DNA of 64,000 nucleotides from Antedon mediterranea (lineage: Eukaryota; Animalia; Echinodermata), in assembly GCF_964355755.1 (NCBI RefSeq), contig NC_092672.1, positions 32,432,437 to 32,496,436 of the forward strand, given 5' to 3'. A model generated the notes under the pieces. The model was not told where the DNA came from and ran no database searches. It saw nothing but the letters and a program-made list of their open reading frames with translations. The position numbers and the translations under genes are program-made. Position 1 is the first letter of the stretch. Every line of letters starts with the position of its first letter. Shown here in pieces: positions 14,235 through 27,500 of this stretch.

Positions 14235-14501
14235 AGCTTGCTTCCCATTATAATAGGACGCAACGCAATGATGTAAGAGCCGCAACGCAAGTGAATTTAC
14301 CAATCACAAACGACAGTTCGAATGTGGGCGCGCATACACAGCTTGGTTCACAAGGGACGCAACGCAAGGACGTAGCAGAAGTGCAAGCGAATTTACCAAT
14401 CACAAGCGGCAGTTCGAATAATCCGTCGCTTTTTATTGGTCAATTAACTTATAGATTGCGGCTTACATCATTGCGCTGCGTCCTAGTGAGAGAACCAAGC
14501 T
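14235..14501. mobile_element. MITE family B composite with duplicated left half
   Basis: Two left-end-like segments (14235, 14340) and right TIR CTAGTGAGAGAACCAAGCT ending at 14501. Confidence 0.7.
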
Positions 14502-17500
14502 TTAGTCCTGTTGCGTCCAAGTGGGAAGCTTTAAACGCCATCGTATCAAAAGCATCGAAATTGCAACACGGAGTAGGCATATTTTAATGCCTTTAGTATT
14601 ATTATTTCACATATCACATCACCTTATCCATAACTCAACACAAAATTGGTCACATTATAATTTTCTTTTATAAAGGCTGAACTTAATTTCAACTCTAGTA
14701 ACATGCAGCCGTTGCTGCAACAATCGTGTGATCAATACTGACGTAACTTCCGACTGTGTCATCTGCTGTTTTCTACGTTACGTGTGCAAAATTATATTTT
14801 TATGCACCAAAGAAAATTGCAATTAGTAAATTCGATTTATGATTTATTATGTTTGACACAAATAGGATTTTTTCCCCGGTAAATAGGTGGTAAAAGTAAT
14901 CATGAAAACGGAATAAAAATGAGTTTGGATGTGTGTGATAAATGATGACAATATTTGTTATCACGCTGACATTTTTAGTGAATTGTTTTGTTCGATAATT
15001 TAGTGTTCACTTCTCTGCTTCTCCCTTCATTGGCACTTTTTCTTGTGGGCCTTGTAAAGCTTGATTAAAAAACAATTCGTTTCTCTCAAACTAAGGTATA
15101 CAATAAACGTAAATTTATGGGCTACAAAATGATATCTAATGGGGGCTAGGCACATCGATTGCAGTGGACTCCGTTACCGATGTGTGTATGTACGAAATTG
15201 TCCATTTTAGTAGGCCTTACGAAGCTAGCCCTTTCATCATCATCGGTTAAATGTAAATGGATGACAGCAAAGGAAATCCAGGCGTCGGAAATGCTTGGAA
15301 CATGCATTGATTTCTGGCATCAAGGAGCCGTTATCTTTCTGGCGTCTCATCGATCGTACGTGAAGACTATTAAAACTCATAAAACACTATTACATATTTA
15401 TATGACTATCTTTCCTTTTCTCTGCTTAAAGCGGCTGTTGATTAATGTATACACACCGTAGTTCCTCGTAAATATTTAGCTGGTATAGTTAGCAACCGGT
15501 CAATCTACCAATTTCTGCGCGTGTGACGTAGAGAGCAGCGCGAGTTTTGCTTTTGATCGGAAGGCAGTATAGAAAATGCATTAAACAAAAGCTCTCTATG
15601 AATATACGCACGTAAAAACAAGTTGAGCGGCCACTTTAACGGATGATAACCACCGAAATATGTTATGATGAGACAAAATAACAAAGTGTTAAGCCCATAG
15701 GGATGTTGCGTGGGGCCAATAACAGATAAGAGGCGTCGTACAGAGGTTTAAACGTGATATATGTATGCCTCTACATATGTTTATATTATTATCGATGTTG
15801 TTTTCACCCAAGCCATGACGTCATCATCCATAAGACGCACTTTTGAGGGCCTAATCGTTTGCCAGCATTGTCACGACGGGGGTCGTCGAGGGCCGAGAAA
15901 TTACAAACGACCAGCCAGAGGCCCGAATGTTCTGAACTAGTTTGCCAAGATTTTGAAGGTCCTTTAACTCTAACCTTAGGAAACTTGATATAATACGTCA
16001 TACGTTTAACGAAGTTGATTGGCTTAAAGTGTAAAATCCTGATTTAATTTTTTTTTTAACGCGCCATGTGTTTAGAATACATGAACACGGTAAAAAATTT
16101 ACTCAAGACACAAACTGATTCATCATCAAAAACAAGAAAATGTGCTTTACGTTCTTTTTTTCGTAATTTACTTGGTTCCATACTACACATTCACACAGCT
16201 TTACTACTGTACTTATGTGCGACATATCAACAAAACCGCGAGTTCACTATCCGGCGGCGGGCATCCTTCGTCGCTCGTTAAATTTACAAAGTTAATTTCA
16301 TCCGTAACATTTCAAAAGACGAGTATCGTAAACGTCGTGAGAATGACTAATTAGCGGAAACAACGAAGTTAGCACGACGAATAAACCTGTATTTACTCTA
16401 CGCATAAATCCTCTTGCCGGTCAAGTATCGATAAATCAATCTGTAAAATGTAAGTCGTTCCATTTTATGAGAGAGCAATACACAGATATTAATAAAACGA
16501 CTTCGCGCGACAAAAAATTGGAGGAGAACACAGAAGAAGTTGATACTCGCGCGTGTACTGTAAAGCCTCTTGAACGCGCGCGACGAAAAGTTCTTTGAAC
16601 GCGCGCGTATTAAACGTGATGGTCTACCATCGGTAAGACTGACAATGTCTCGTTAATACGTAATATTTTTTGAAATACTAACACGAAGATTAACGTCAAA
16701 AAACTTATTTGCATAATCTATTTGAAAATTCTATTCTATCTGATATTTGTTTTCGATCAATAAAGAATGACGTCATCACACGGAGATACCCGTCCATCAC
16801 TTTGACAAGTGAAATAATTCGAAACTCAGGGAAATGATTCAGAGACTGAAAAAGACTGACTGAAATTAATTTCGCGCCGATTAATTTTGTTGCAAAAACA
16901 GTAACGATTTCTGTGCAATGGCAAATATTGTCTATTTAAAGTCGATTTAGTTGATTGATAAATGTCAAAGGGGTAAAATGTGTCCATGGAGGAATATTCG
17001 ATGATGAGCTGCTGGACTTTCAGTTTCGTAATAGTAATAAGGGCGGCGACGCACGAGTCATTTCATTTGAGGATGGCAACAAGTGGAACTGTAGTTTTCT
17101 GTCACCATTCTTGCTTTTACCAATCTCAATGTTCGGGTTCGAGTCTTGGTTCTGACACAGTTTACGTTGGTACAGTTATACTGAAATTGTAGTACAAGTA
17201 GTACACGTATGAAACGTCATATGTGCCAAAATATTTATCTTTTAACTAATATTAAGTCAAAACTCCGTCTGAGGCGCAATAGAAGCCTGTTGACCAATGA
17301 AAATCGACACAGTTCCAATATCCATTGCTTTTGATTGGTCAAATTACTTGCGTTACGTTTACACTCATGCGTTGTGTCCCTACTTTAAATCTTACTTTTA
17401 ATAACTATAACTTAAGCATACAATTCGGCAACATTGGCATGACCTAGAAGAGCGGAAGTTGTGTCAGATAACAACCGGGACTCTACTGGGGATATGAAAT

Positions 17501-17918
17501 ACAAGGAAGGCCTACATTGTCATTACTGACATTTTGAACAAAGATGCGGCTCCCGCGTGGGATATGGGTAATTCCCTAGACAGACGAAGACTACGTATGA
17601 CCTATAAAGTGGCACACGAGAACTGTTTCGTATCCACGAGATGATTAACATGTGAAGACACCCTTAGTAATAACTGCAGGCCCTCGCGTCAATTAGTCAT
17701 TAGGGCGGGTGTGAACACACTATACAAGTCACTGGATTGATTCTGATGTGCACCGGATCTTTGATCCTCATACACTTCACACAATGGTCAAAGATAAAAC
17801 ATCGAGACGCGTACAACATGACGATTAAGGTTCAGTTTACACGCAGTATATTTCACATCTAGAAATATAACTAGGCCTTCGAGTTATAAGATGTCTTGAT
17901 CTACCCAAGGCAATCTAA

Positions 17919-18077
17919 AGCTCTGTCTACACTATCAAACTTTATGCGAGTGAGTGATGTGCCCATATATGGACATGATGATGTCATATCACTATCATAT
18001 TATTTGGGCATATCACTACCATATTTGGGCAAATCACACTTTCATTGTCAAACTAGTTTGATAGTGTAGATAGAGCT
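17919..18077. mobile_element. Harbinger-like MITE family A (about 150 bp, TIR AGCTCTGTCTACACTATCAAACT)
   Basis: TIRs at both ends, internal ATCACTACCATATTTGGGC repeats, TA/TAA-type flanks; most abundant repeat in the window. Confidence 0.85.
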
Positions 18078-18405
18078 GAATATACTAGTGGATCAATCGA
18101 GCAACATACACCACCATCGACGAAAATATACATCAGTAATGATAATATAAATCTTGTACACATTTTACACAATTATTATATTTGATTTTCAGAAATTTCA
18201 ACCGTTCTGTAATGAGACGTTGGATATTACGTAATTATTTTCAAATAAAATCTAAGTTTAAACAAAAATCTAATCTACATTGCTAATGAACCCAGTGGAT
18301 AAGAACGGAATGATTGTGATTGGTTACATTTAACTTTGGTTATTCGTGTACGTCGTTCTTACGTTGCCTAAATGGGAACTGATGAGCATTCCAATGTGGT
18401 TTCCC

Positions 18406-18615
18406 CAAGGCAATCTAACAGAATGATGAGCTTCGGGTTCAAAGGGTTTTATCCATGGCTGCGAAACGATCAGTTCCACGCCTCTTAACAGACACCGCAC
18501 GCCCCGGAGAATATGTACATAGTACAGTACTGTTGGTATTTGTCGAAGCCGCAGTCTTACAAGTTTCCAACTTGGCAAGGCGAGCTCCTCAGTGTCCTGT
18601 TGTTAGATTGCCTTG
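18406..18615. mobile_element. Second P-like MITE (TIR CAAGGCAATCTAACA)
   Basis: 15-bp perfect TIR; 7-bp TSD GTTTCCC/GTTTTCC with one mismatch; a solo TIR lies at about 17906. Confidence 0.65.
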
Positions 18616-20872
18616 GTTTTCCGAAATGTTGGGATTAACAATATTGTTAAAAATAAAGTGATAATAACTAAAGCCACAGACCGTTATTATATTATATTAA
18701 GACCTATTATTGTTCCAGTTTATTTTAAAACCAAATACACTTGTTATCATCATACGATTACACAACTTCCTCATTAAACAAAACTATATTGTTTTCCTTC
18801 AGTACTTCCACACGGAAGTAGATTTTGTGGTGATATATCGGATCCACACCATGGTCATTTAACCACAGTCCTCTCTCAGGATATGAAACGTGATCGAATG
18901 AGGAAGAAAAAAAGGAAATATTTCAAATAATTGAGAGAAATAAATATTCGCTGGCCCACTCGGAAGAATATTTATCCGATTGCGTAAGAAGTGGCTAACG
19001 GTTAACGCACGGTTTAATTGCGGTGGTATAAAGAGAAATACAATTGATGAAATGAATGGAAACGGCGATTGAACGAGTCACAGACCACCCGTCACAGAAG
19101 AAACGCAATATCAGAAATTATGTCGTACTTTTAATTTAAATTAAGACTAATTTTTCAAATATTCATACAATTATTCTTTACATAAACATTAAAAAGTCAC
19201 ACTTTACAATAATGTTCCTTGTTACCGATTTCATTTGAATAAAATTCAGTAAATTCTAAGTTCACTTAAACTAAAGAAAAATATGTACCGGTATTGCTTA
19301 AAAGGACAATTATTATAGAATTTTTAAAAAGCCAACAAAAAAGCACCAGCATATACAGCGCCCTCGATGTTTGCACCCAAATTACGTCAGTTGACGCGCG
19401 CGTACAAAAGCTGTATGGATGTTTATATCAGCCTTTGTACGCGCGCGTGTTTTAACAGACGATTTATACGCGCGCATGCATTCCCAACATTTTGAAACAA
19501 TGCGTTGTATACATTGGAAGAGATATACACACCGTATATATAATACAATTTTAGTTTTTACATTTCAAAAATATTTACATGTATTTAAGTTTGAATACAA
19601 GCGCCCTGTCAAGGTGTTGTCATATATTAAACTACTTTAAGAATACAATTTTATTAAATTATTTTCCTGTCATAAATTTAAATAAAACATTGCATAATTC
19701 ATCCACTTTCGCTATGCATCTATTACCCATAAAATATGCTAATTAGTTAATTTACATACAGTACTTGATTTACATACAACACTATAACTTACCTGTTTAT
19801 ATGATTTAGTTAATTTACATATTGACCTTTTGAACATTAAAATATTTCAAATAAATGACCTATGCATTCATTTGAATATATATCACTAACTTAAAATATG
19901 CTAATTAATAACTTAATATTATTCTGAGTAATTATAGTACCTGTATAAATTTGCTTTAAAACTGCACAGCATATCACCCAATCACATTGCATTATGGAAG
20001 CTTTTGAACCAATGTACAAAAAAAAAAAACAAAACCCTCAAAATCTATATTATCACAAAAAAAAATACATAAAAATAATGCCTCACAGCGAGATTTAAAA
20101 AAAAGATTAATCTTATAAAATATTGTTCAAAGAAATGAAAATTGGAATATATTTGGTGCAACTTATTTGTCCTCATCTTTGAAACTCCTGGGTTCAACTA
20201 CTAAACATGTGTATCACAGGTATTGTATATCTAGATACACTCAGGGTTGATTTAGAGAAATCAAATAAATACAAATTGAATGGACTTGACTCATATGAAA
20301 TCACAGATAGCCTAAGGTACTGTATATACAGTAATGTATTTCTAGAAACTCAGAATAATTTTAAGGAAATAGAGTATATAAGTTTTATATAGTTATTGCT
20401 CACAACTCAAACAAAGACACAAAAAAGTAGTAAAACAACCATTAAAAGAAGCAAAAACAAAATTTTATACAATTTTGAAAACATTATCTTGGAATTGGGA
20501 GGAAAATACCTAAAATAATGGGAGAAATACTGCACGAAAAATCCACTTTCTAACTTGGGCTTTAAAAAAATGGACTCGTAAAAACTAATTATCTCAACCC
20601 AAACAATCGGATTGAGACTATGTACTTTTAATTCCTCGCTGGATGTGAGTAATGAAATAATATCTAAAAATACCAACAGCAGGCGATTTGGAACATTTAG
20701 TATGAGCTTAATTAAGCCCATCCTGGCTGTAAGTTCTCCACAGACAGCCTTGGATATGAATGAGTCAATCTCATAATGAAGAAGATGATGACTTCTAGTG
20801 ATATCGGCATACATACATGTCTATCTATTTTTATTCAATTTGTAAAATATATTTATATATAGTAGGTTGTAA

Positions 20873-21024
20873 AGCTCTATTTACACTAAAAAAAGTGTGA
20901 TGTGCCTAAATATGGTAATGATATGCTTAAATATGGTAGTGATAGGACATCATCATGTCCATATATGGACACATCACCTTTTTTGACACATAAAGTTTGA
21001 TAGTGTAGACAGACAGACAGAGCT
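20873..21024. mobile_element. MITE family A copy
   Basis: Same TIR and internal repeats. Confidence 0.8.
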
Positions 21025-21502
21025 TACATCAGGTATGTAGGCAAAAGTACTTGACACAATGTAGAGCATGATAATGCTAGTTATTATAAGAAAAGTAAAA
21101 AAATGTTTTATTTATTTTTTTATTGACCTGAATTTAACCTATTTATCTTCATTCTAATTTCACACCAAAACAATTAAAATTGATTGATGTATCGATGTTA
21201 TTTTTGACAATTCGGACATTTTTATTAGCAAATTTTAATAACCAATTTCTCCTACCTACAGTACAACTAATTTTAAAGATGAAACTAAGCAACAAAGAGA
21301 ATCATCCATTTTCTGTGATACATAAAAGCATCAGAATAAAATATATTCCATAATTACACCAACCATAGCAACAAATATATCTTTATTATATTGCTAGAGT
21401 TTAATACTGTGATGCATAATATAATGTTTAAAAAATTTAACCATTAACAAAAAACTAAACATCCTTTAAAGGTTTTTGAATAATTTCTAAAGCAGTGAAT
21501 GC

Positions 21503-22170
21503 TACATACTCTAAACTGGACAACTGCCAACCACAAACCAGACCTTCAAACCAACACAGGACTTTAGGACGTCTTCCTGGCTTGGGCATACTAATACTTT
21601 TCTATCCCACTCTAATATATCTTATACTCTGCGGGATATGTGTTTATCTGTGTGAAAGGGGCCTTCATTCAGTAAATTGTACTAGTTTTGTGGATTAATA
21701 CTACAAACTGGAAACAACTGTCTAACATCTTACAAGGCAGCACAGGGCATTATTCCTGGCTTGGGTACACTTTTCTTTTCCACTCTCTCACATCCTTTAC
21801 CCTACAGGATATGTGTTTATCTGTGTGAAGGGGGATTAATTAATAAGCTCTACTAGTTTTTGCCTTTATAATATAGAGAGTGTAAACGGACTGCAGACAG
21901 TCATGAAAGGCAAGGATTTCAAAACATTCTTATTGCTAATACGTACGTACCAGGCTGATTTTTGGTTGTATTAGTATACTGCATTACTGCTATCCTGGTT
22001 AAGACAACATTCTTTCTGTCTTGGGTGGGTACACTATTATATCTAGCCAACTCTTTACATCTTATATTTACTGTATATTGTGGGATAAGTGGTAATCTGT
22101 GAAAATGTAATATTTTTTAACAAGGTTTATTTAAAATTGTGAATTTATGCTACTACAACTGGAGAACAGC
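21503..22170. repeat. Degenerate dispersed tandem repeat (about 3 units)
   Basis: Recurring CTACAAACTGGA...TTCCTGGCTTGGG...GGATATGTGTTTATCTGTGTGAA blocks. Confidence 0.6.
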
Positions 22171-23180
22171 CAATATTTCTTTAGTCCTTGAAAACTTCTT
22201 TCGAATGAACTATGCGATCTTTCATACATGAATCACAAAAAAATTACTATATTATGTAGAGCATTTGTTGTTTTCCCCAACCTAGTTCATAGAATATATA
22301 ATGTAGTTTTTAAGTTAAAAAACTATAAAATTAAACAAATATCTAAATGAAATATGATATTTCTATATCGTCAATGTATTTTTTATATTTATGATATTTA
22401 TAGTAGGTATGGTACAAAAAAGTGGACAAAACAACCGCCTTGAACTCATTCAGTAGCATGTTTGAGGAATCAACCAGAATCAGAATTGAACAAAGCATTT
22501 AGGGTTGCAAGTTACCATAAATCTACACCACCTTCACTACAAACTAAAGCTATGTCGTAAATGTATTCCACCTTATTAAGAACAAAATGTCATTAAATTC
22601 AGTAGACTGTGGGTAGACCTTACTGTTAAAACCAAAATAAACTATCAGGGTTTTACAATTCAAAATAAGGGGAAAACTTAGAGGAGACCAAGAGCTGCGT
22701 AAAAGTCTCTTCTCTGCCTTAACAAAAAGAGTTTATCCAAACAAAAGGCCTGAACTCTATATATATATATATATGTGTTCTAACGCGTTTATATATATAT
22801 ACTAGTATATGTTTCACCATAATACTGTCTCTGTAAGGCTATACCATCGTTATAGTAATTAGTCATATAGGCCTCTCAGCAGTTGCTAATTAACCTAAGC
22901 CAGTTGCAGACGGTGAACTTCCTCCAGAAGCTCTCGGAAACTAAATATAACAAGCCTTTCACCGCATCAATGTCTGGATCATTCACAAAAGATAATAACA
23001 AAATACTAGAAAATCAGTGAAATGTAGCAAAATTAGGTTTTTGTTTGTTTATGAGATGAATAAAGAGAAATGATGTTATGTTTTCAGCGACTAGGGTGGG
23101 TTGCATTTCTGGATGATTGTTATTTTCAATAATAAAAAATGTGGACGACTGTCAAATATTACTGATTAAAAACATTGTTA

Positions 23181-23323
23181 AGCTCTATCTACACTATAAA
23201 ATTGTATGTGAAAAAACTGTGCTGTGCCCATATATGGATATGCTGATGTCATATCACTACCATATTTAAGCATATCACTACCATATTTGGGCACATCACA
23301 CTAGTGATAGTGTAGAAAAAGCT
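23181..23323. mobile_element. MITE family A copy
   Basis: Same TIR and internal repeats. Confidence 0.8.
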
Positions 23324-23939
23324 TTAAATACCAGAAATTAAATATTGCTATCAAATATTTGCAAAATTGACAACGGAAAATAACAAACTAAGTACTGTAT
23401 AATACAGCGATAATATTAAAACTACTTTTTTTTTAAAGACAAGATAAAAGGCAAACAATATTTGTTGCATATAATTATTTAAAATGTAAAATTTATCAAC
23501 AAATAAAACTAAGAACATACAATATAATTTACAATTGAATGTTGTTATGTAAAATACAGTAATTAGGACACTTTCAATTTAACGAACCTAGGACTTGTAA
23601 ATTATGCGTTATGTCATTTTATCAAACTGTCACCCTTTAAAATCAATTTTTTTGTGATGACCTTGTACCATCAAATGTTAAAATGTAAATCTCTTTGATA
23701 AGGGGTGAAAGGAATCAAGGAAATCGAATGCAATGACAAGCGACGACTTGACAAAAATTGTCAAAACAAACCTCCAAGCTCAGTATTGTACATTAGACAT
23801 TTGGAGTGTTTAACTTGTCAGGTTTAATATCTCAAACCATGACTCAAACTCCATTTCTCTGAGATTACTCGGTCACTCACTCACTCCCACGTACAGAATA
23901 AAAAAAAACAAACAAAGGGAAGACAAATTGTTAAAAGCT

Positions 23940-24295
23940 TCACATCGACACCTGCCATATAAGAAGACCAGCCTCTCCGCTATTACGCGTAAAGTTTGGT
24001 TGCAAGTACGTGTGACCGTCGCCCCCTGTCAACACCAGAGTCGTCGTGCTTGTGACTCGTGCTGAGACCTGCTCCGTGTTCGAGTCGGGATTATCGCTCA
24101 CACTCGACGCACCTTCTGATGGGTCCGTACTCATCGAGTCGCTCTTACGGTCGACAGAAGGCGATGACATAATGTCGGCGTCGGCGAAGGTTAATGAAAG
24201 GTAATCTTGCATCGGTGACATGGCGTATTCTGAATATTTCTGGTCACATTTTTCACCGTGTGGCGTGCTCACCGGTGTCTTTCGAGGTGCCGGTT
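23940..24295 (-). CDS. ARHGEF10: ARHGEF10/ARHGEF10L-like RhoGEF, terminal coding exon
   Basis: Acceptor tttttgttcttacag|AA in phase 1, matching the 48201 donor. Ends TLVLTGGDGHTYL...AGLLIWQVSM*, matching the family C-terminus (GGxGH/Y...LLIWQV). Confidence 0.85.
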
Positions 24296-24536
24296 CTGTA
24301 AGAACAAAAAATGTTTATATCATAAACTTATATCCCCCTCTTTCAACAATAATAGGTGTATCTGTCAATTCCTTCTCAAACCTACTAACCACAGCCATCT
24401 GCTACAGTAAAAACACACCAAATAAGTAAAGTTACTTATGTTACATTAATCAGAAAAAAAAATCTGAAAATATTTGTTACTTCATGGTTTTATTCATAAA
24501 CAAATTGTTCTGTATGAGCAGTATAGTTGGACAAAC

Positions 24537-24556
24537 CATGGAGGTATACCTCCATG
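24537..24556. mobile_element. Probable P-type excision footprint: 20-bp palindrome with 7-bp TSD
   Basis: GACAAAC-CATGGAGGTATACCTCCATG-GACAAAC. Confidence 0.7.
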
Positions 24557-27500
24557 GACAAACTAATGAGATACAAAACATAAATTACCTATGTGCATGC
24601 TACAGTGATTACGGTGATCACTTAGGTTGACCCTGGTCTGCCCGATATCATTTTTTGTTTGTTATGTATTGAAACAGTAAATTTGCCTTTTCAGAGATGC
24701 GCAATTTTATAATAATTATGTCGCTGGAAAGATGTACAACTCCCTCTAAAATACGGATTGCGGTTTGAGAATATCTATGATTCTTTTTCAAAAGCAGAGT
24801 GCTTTTTCAAGTCAGGTTTAATAGTGTATCAGTTACTTAAGAAATTGAGCTAAACATTACAACATGAGCTTGCTTCTCATGTTGCAAAAGTAAAAGCTAA
24901 AACCACCTGTTTATTGATTTATCACATTGAGACTGACCTGGGAATACTGACCTGGGAATACCTTTTGCAATGACCTTGGAAAGTTAGCATTACTCCAGCT
25001 GTTACCATATTATCCTATAGTCACTTTCGTTTCTTTTTGTTTTGATCAATAATACCATTCTTAATGTTTTTATAGACATTATGTCTTTTACTATATTTTA
25101 AATACAGGGGATACCAGATAGGTTATTTAATACGGTATACAAGTCCCATAGCCAAGGAGTTACCACCACAGTACCCCTACTCAACACCCTCACACCTGCC
25201 CCTTGAAGTTCCATTTTTTTTAACTAGAGACCAACAGTGCTAGTAAGTATGCCAAGCTCAATTTTCTTCAATCCTACATAGCCACCAAACAATTCCCTGG
25301 CCACCATATGCAACGCAACATATCGTCTTTTAGCTAGGCCACAGTGCTTGCTTTACCCTCCTCACACTTTTATTCTTTTTTGGAGAAAAAATAACAATAT
25401 TGGCTATAGGCTTTGTATGTGTCCTTTTTTGGTTGATTTCGATGAAAAGAACTGCATTGTATTGAAAGTACAATATAAATATTAGTAAACAAATAGTACA
25501 AAGTTCAACGCACTTTTCCCCAATTGGTGTTATCATGATTTTATATCCAGGGCAGGAGTGGTAGGTACTCTTAAAAGTCCTAAGCTATTGTTTGGGTTAT
25601 TTTAAAGGTGAAAAACAAAAGAAAGACAATTTATATAAGTACCATCAAAGTTTTTATAGCAATTGTTGACTATATTATAAGTAATTTAATTTGATCTAAG
25701 GTCAATTTACTATTGTATAGTAGAAGTCTTAATGTATCTATCCTCTATCCTGATTCTCTATCTCCTATTAACCCTCTCTTATCCTATCTTTAACCTGTCC
25801 ACTTCTCCCACCACCAGTGGTGTAATGCAGTAAGCATAGGCCCCTGGTTTAGTCCCCCAATGCTAGGTAGTTGCATTGGGGATGCTCATGCTCTGGGGCC
25901 GCTCATGCTCTGGGGCCCCTTAAGTTCTGGAGCCCTGAGTTTAGCCAGTAAGCTTGGCCTCATATGTTGCCTTTTTTTACCTCTACCTAACTTTCCACCT
26001 TTCCTGTCCCTATTGTTAACACCTTTTCCTATATAATTACCTTTCATTCCTATCTTGATATTTTTTTGACTATCTTTCTTTTTTGAACTATGACTCCAAA
26101 GCCATCTTTCCAACCTTGTATCCCCTATTGAACCCTAAATTCCTATAGCCTCTATATCCCTGTAACTATTTCCCACCAACTTTCTGTTTTTATTTCCTTT
26201 CCTTTTTTACTTCAATTTAGATGGCCCCTATGATCTCTAGACAATAAAATATTTCTATTTATATTATTTTAAATCCATTTTTTCCACCTAGGAGGTCATG
26301 TTTTCATTCAAGTTCAAGCTCGCCAAACACAAGATGTTTTTAAATCACCTTTGCCAGCATTTACCGTCATTCCCTGATCAGATCCTATTCACAACATTTA
26401 TCATTTCGATCAGATTCAGAAATCTGATCAGAAATAAAGTTATGAAATAAATAAATAACAACAAAAGTTTTTGGGTTAGGCTAATTTATTTTACTAAATT
26501 GCTTAAAAATGTTTAGAAAATTCTGTAGACTTTGAAGCAGATGCAATTTTACGACAAGTGTCTAGCAATTAATTTTACATTCTAAGTAATGCAACTAATC
26601 GTATGACCTTTAAGGTGACCTCAAATCATTTTTTTAGTGGTGGCTAATTATATGCTCTGTGCATTAGTGGTTTCCCAAGACAGAGAGAAGTGATTTCTTG
26701 TTGTAAATCAAACATACCTTAGGTCATCATTTGTGAACCGTTTTAGAAGTTTTATTACACATTTTCTGTTTGTTTACTAATAGAAATAACTTCAGGAGTT
26801 TTTTTTAACAAATTATGTTTTTGAAGAAAGCTATGCACAGGTGTGCCTGAAAATGTTCTAATATTATAACAAAGTAGAGAAATGGGCCTAATTATCATTT
26901 TAAACACTGTTTTTAATTCATGCACAGTGACATGATTTTAATCTATCCAATCACAGATTCATAAAAATAATATTTGTTTTCAGCAAGCAAAATATGAAAG
27001 AATTCTCGTTTATGGCTTCATCCTTGATCCACAATATATCCAGACTCATGTAGTTTAATAATTTAATAACAGAAAAATTGCAATATATCTTACAAATCGT
27101 CAGCAACTCTGTCCTAGATACTCTATGTATTTACTTAGCACTGAGTCGGTTTTTTTACAAAGTCGTCAGCATCTATAAAATCAAGGGCTCACTGCCGCCG
27201 TATCTGATTAGTTGTCATGACAACATATCCTGCTTAGTCTAATCGGAACGCGTCGGCGAGCATTTAGTTGTATATTTATACAACAATCAGAAAATCTTAA
27301 CGAGCAAACCGGTTAATTTCAATTTACTTGGCAAAGTTGTATCTACACCAGCGTGTTCCTGACACAAGAAATAATATGTTTGTATATATATTGCACATTC
27401 ATTTCATTAATGGCATGTTCAACGTACTCAAAGGGAATGAATATGTGTTTAATACTAGTTCAACCAAAAGTGCTTTGTAATGGGGGAAACCGGTATATAA

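Noticed and set aside
20407-20814. 135-aa hydrophobic ORF
   Set aside because: No recognisable motif, AT-driven composition, and located in the probable ARHGEF10 3' UTR or flank.
25814-25950. hAT-like MITE remnant (CAGTGG..., GGGCCCC repeats)
   Set aside because: No matching second TIR or TSD could be identified.
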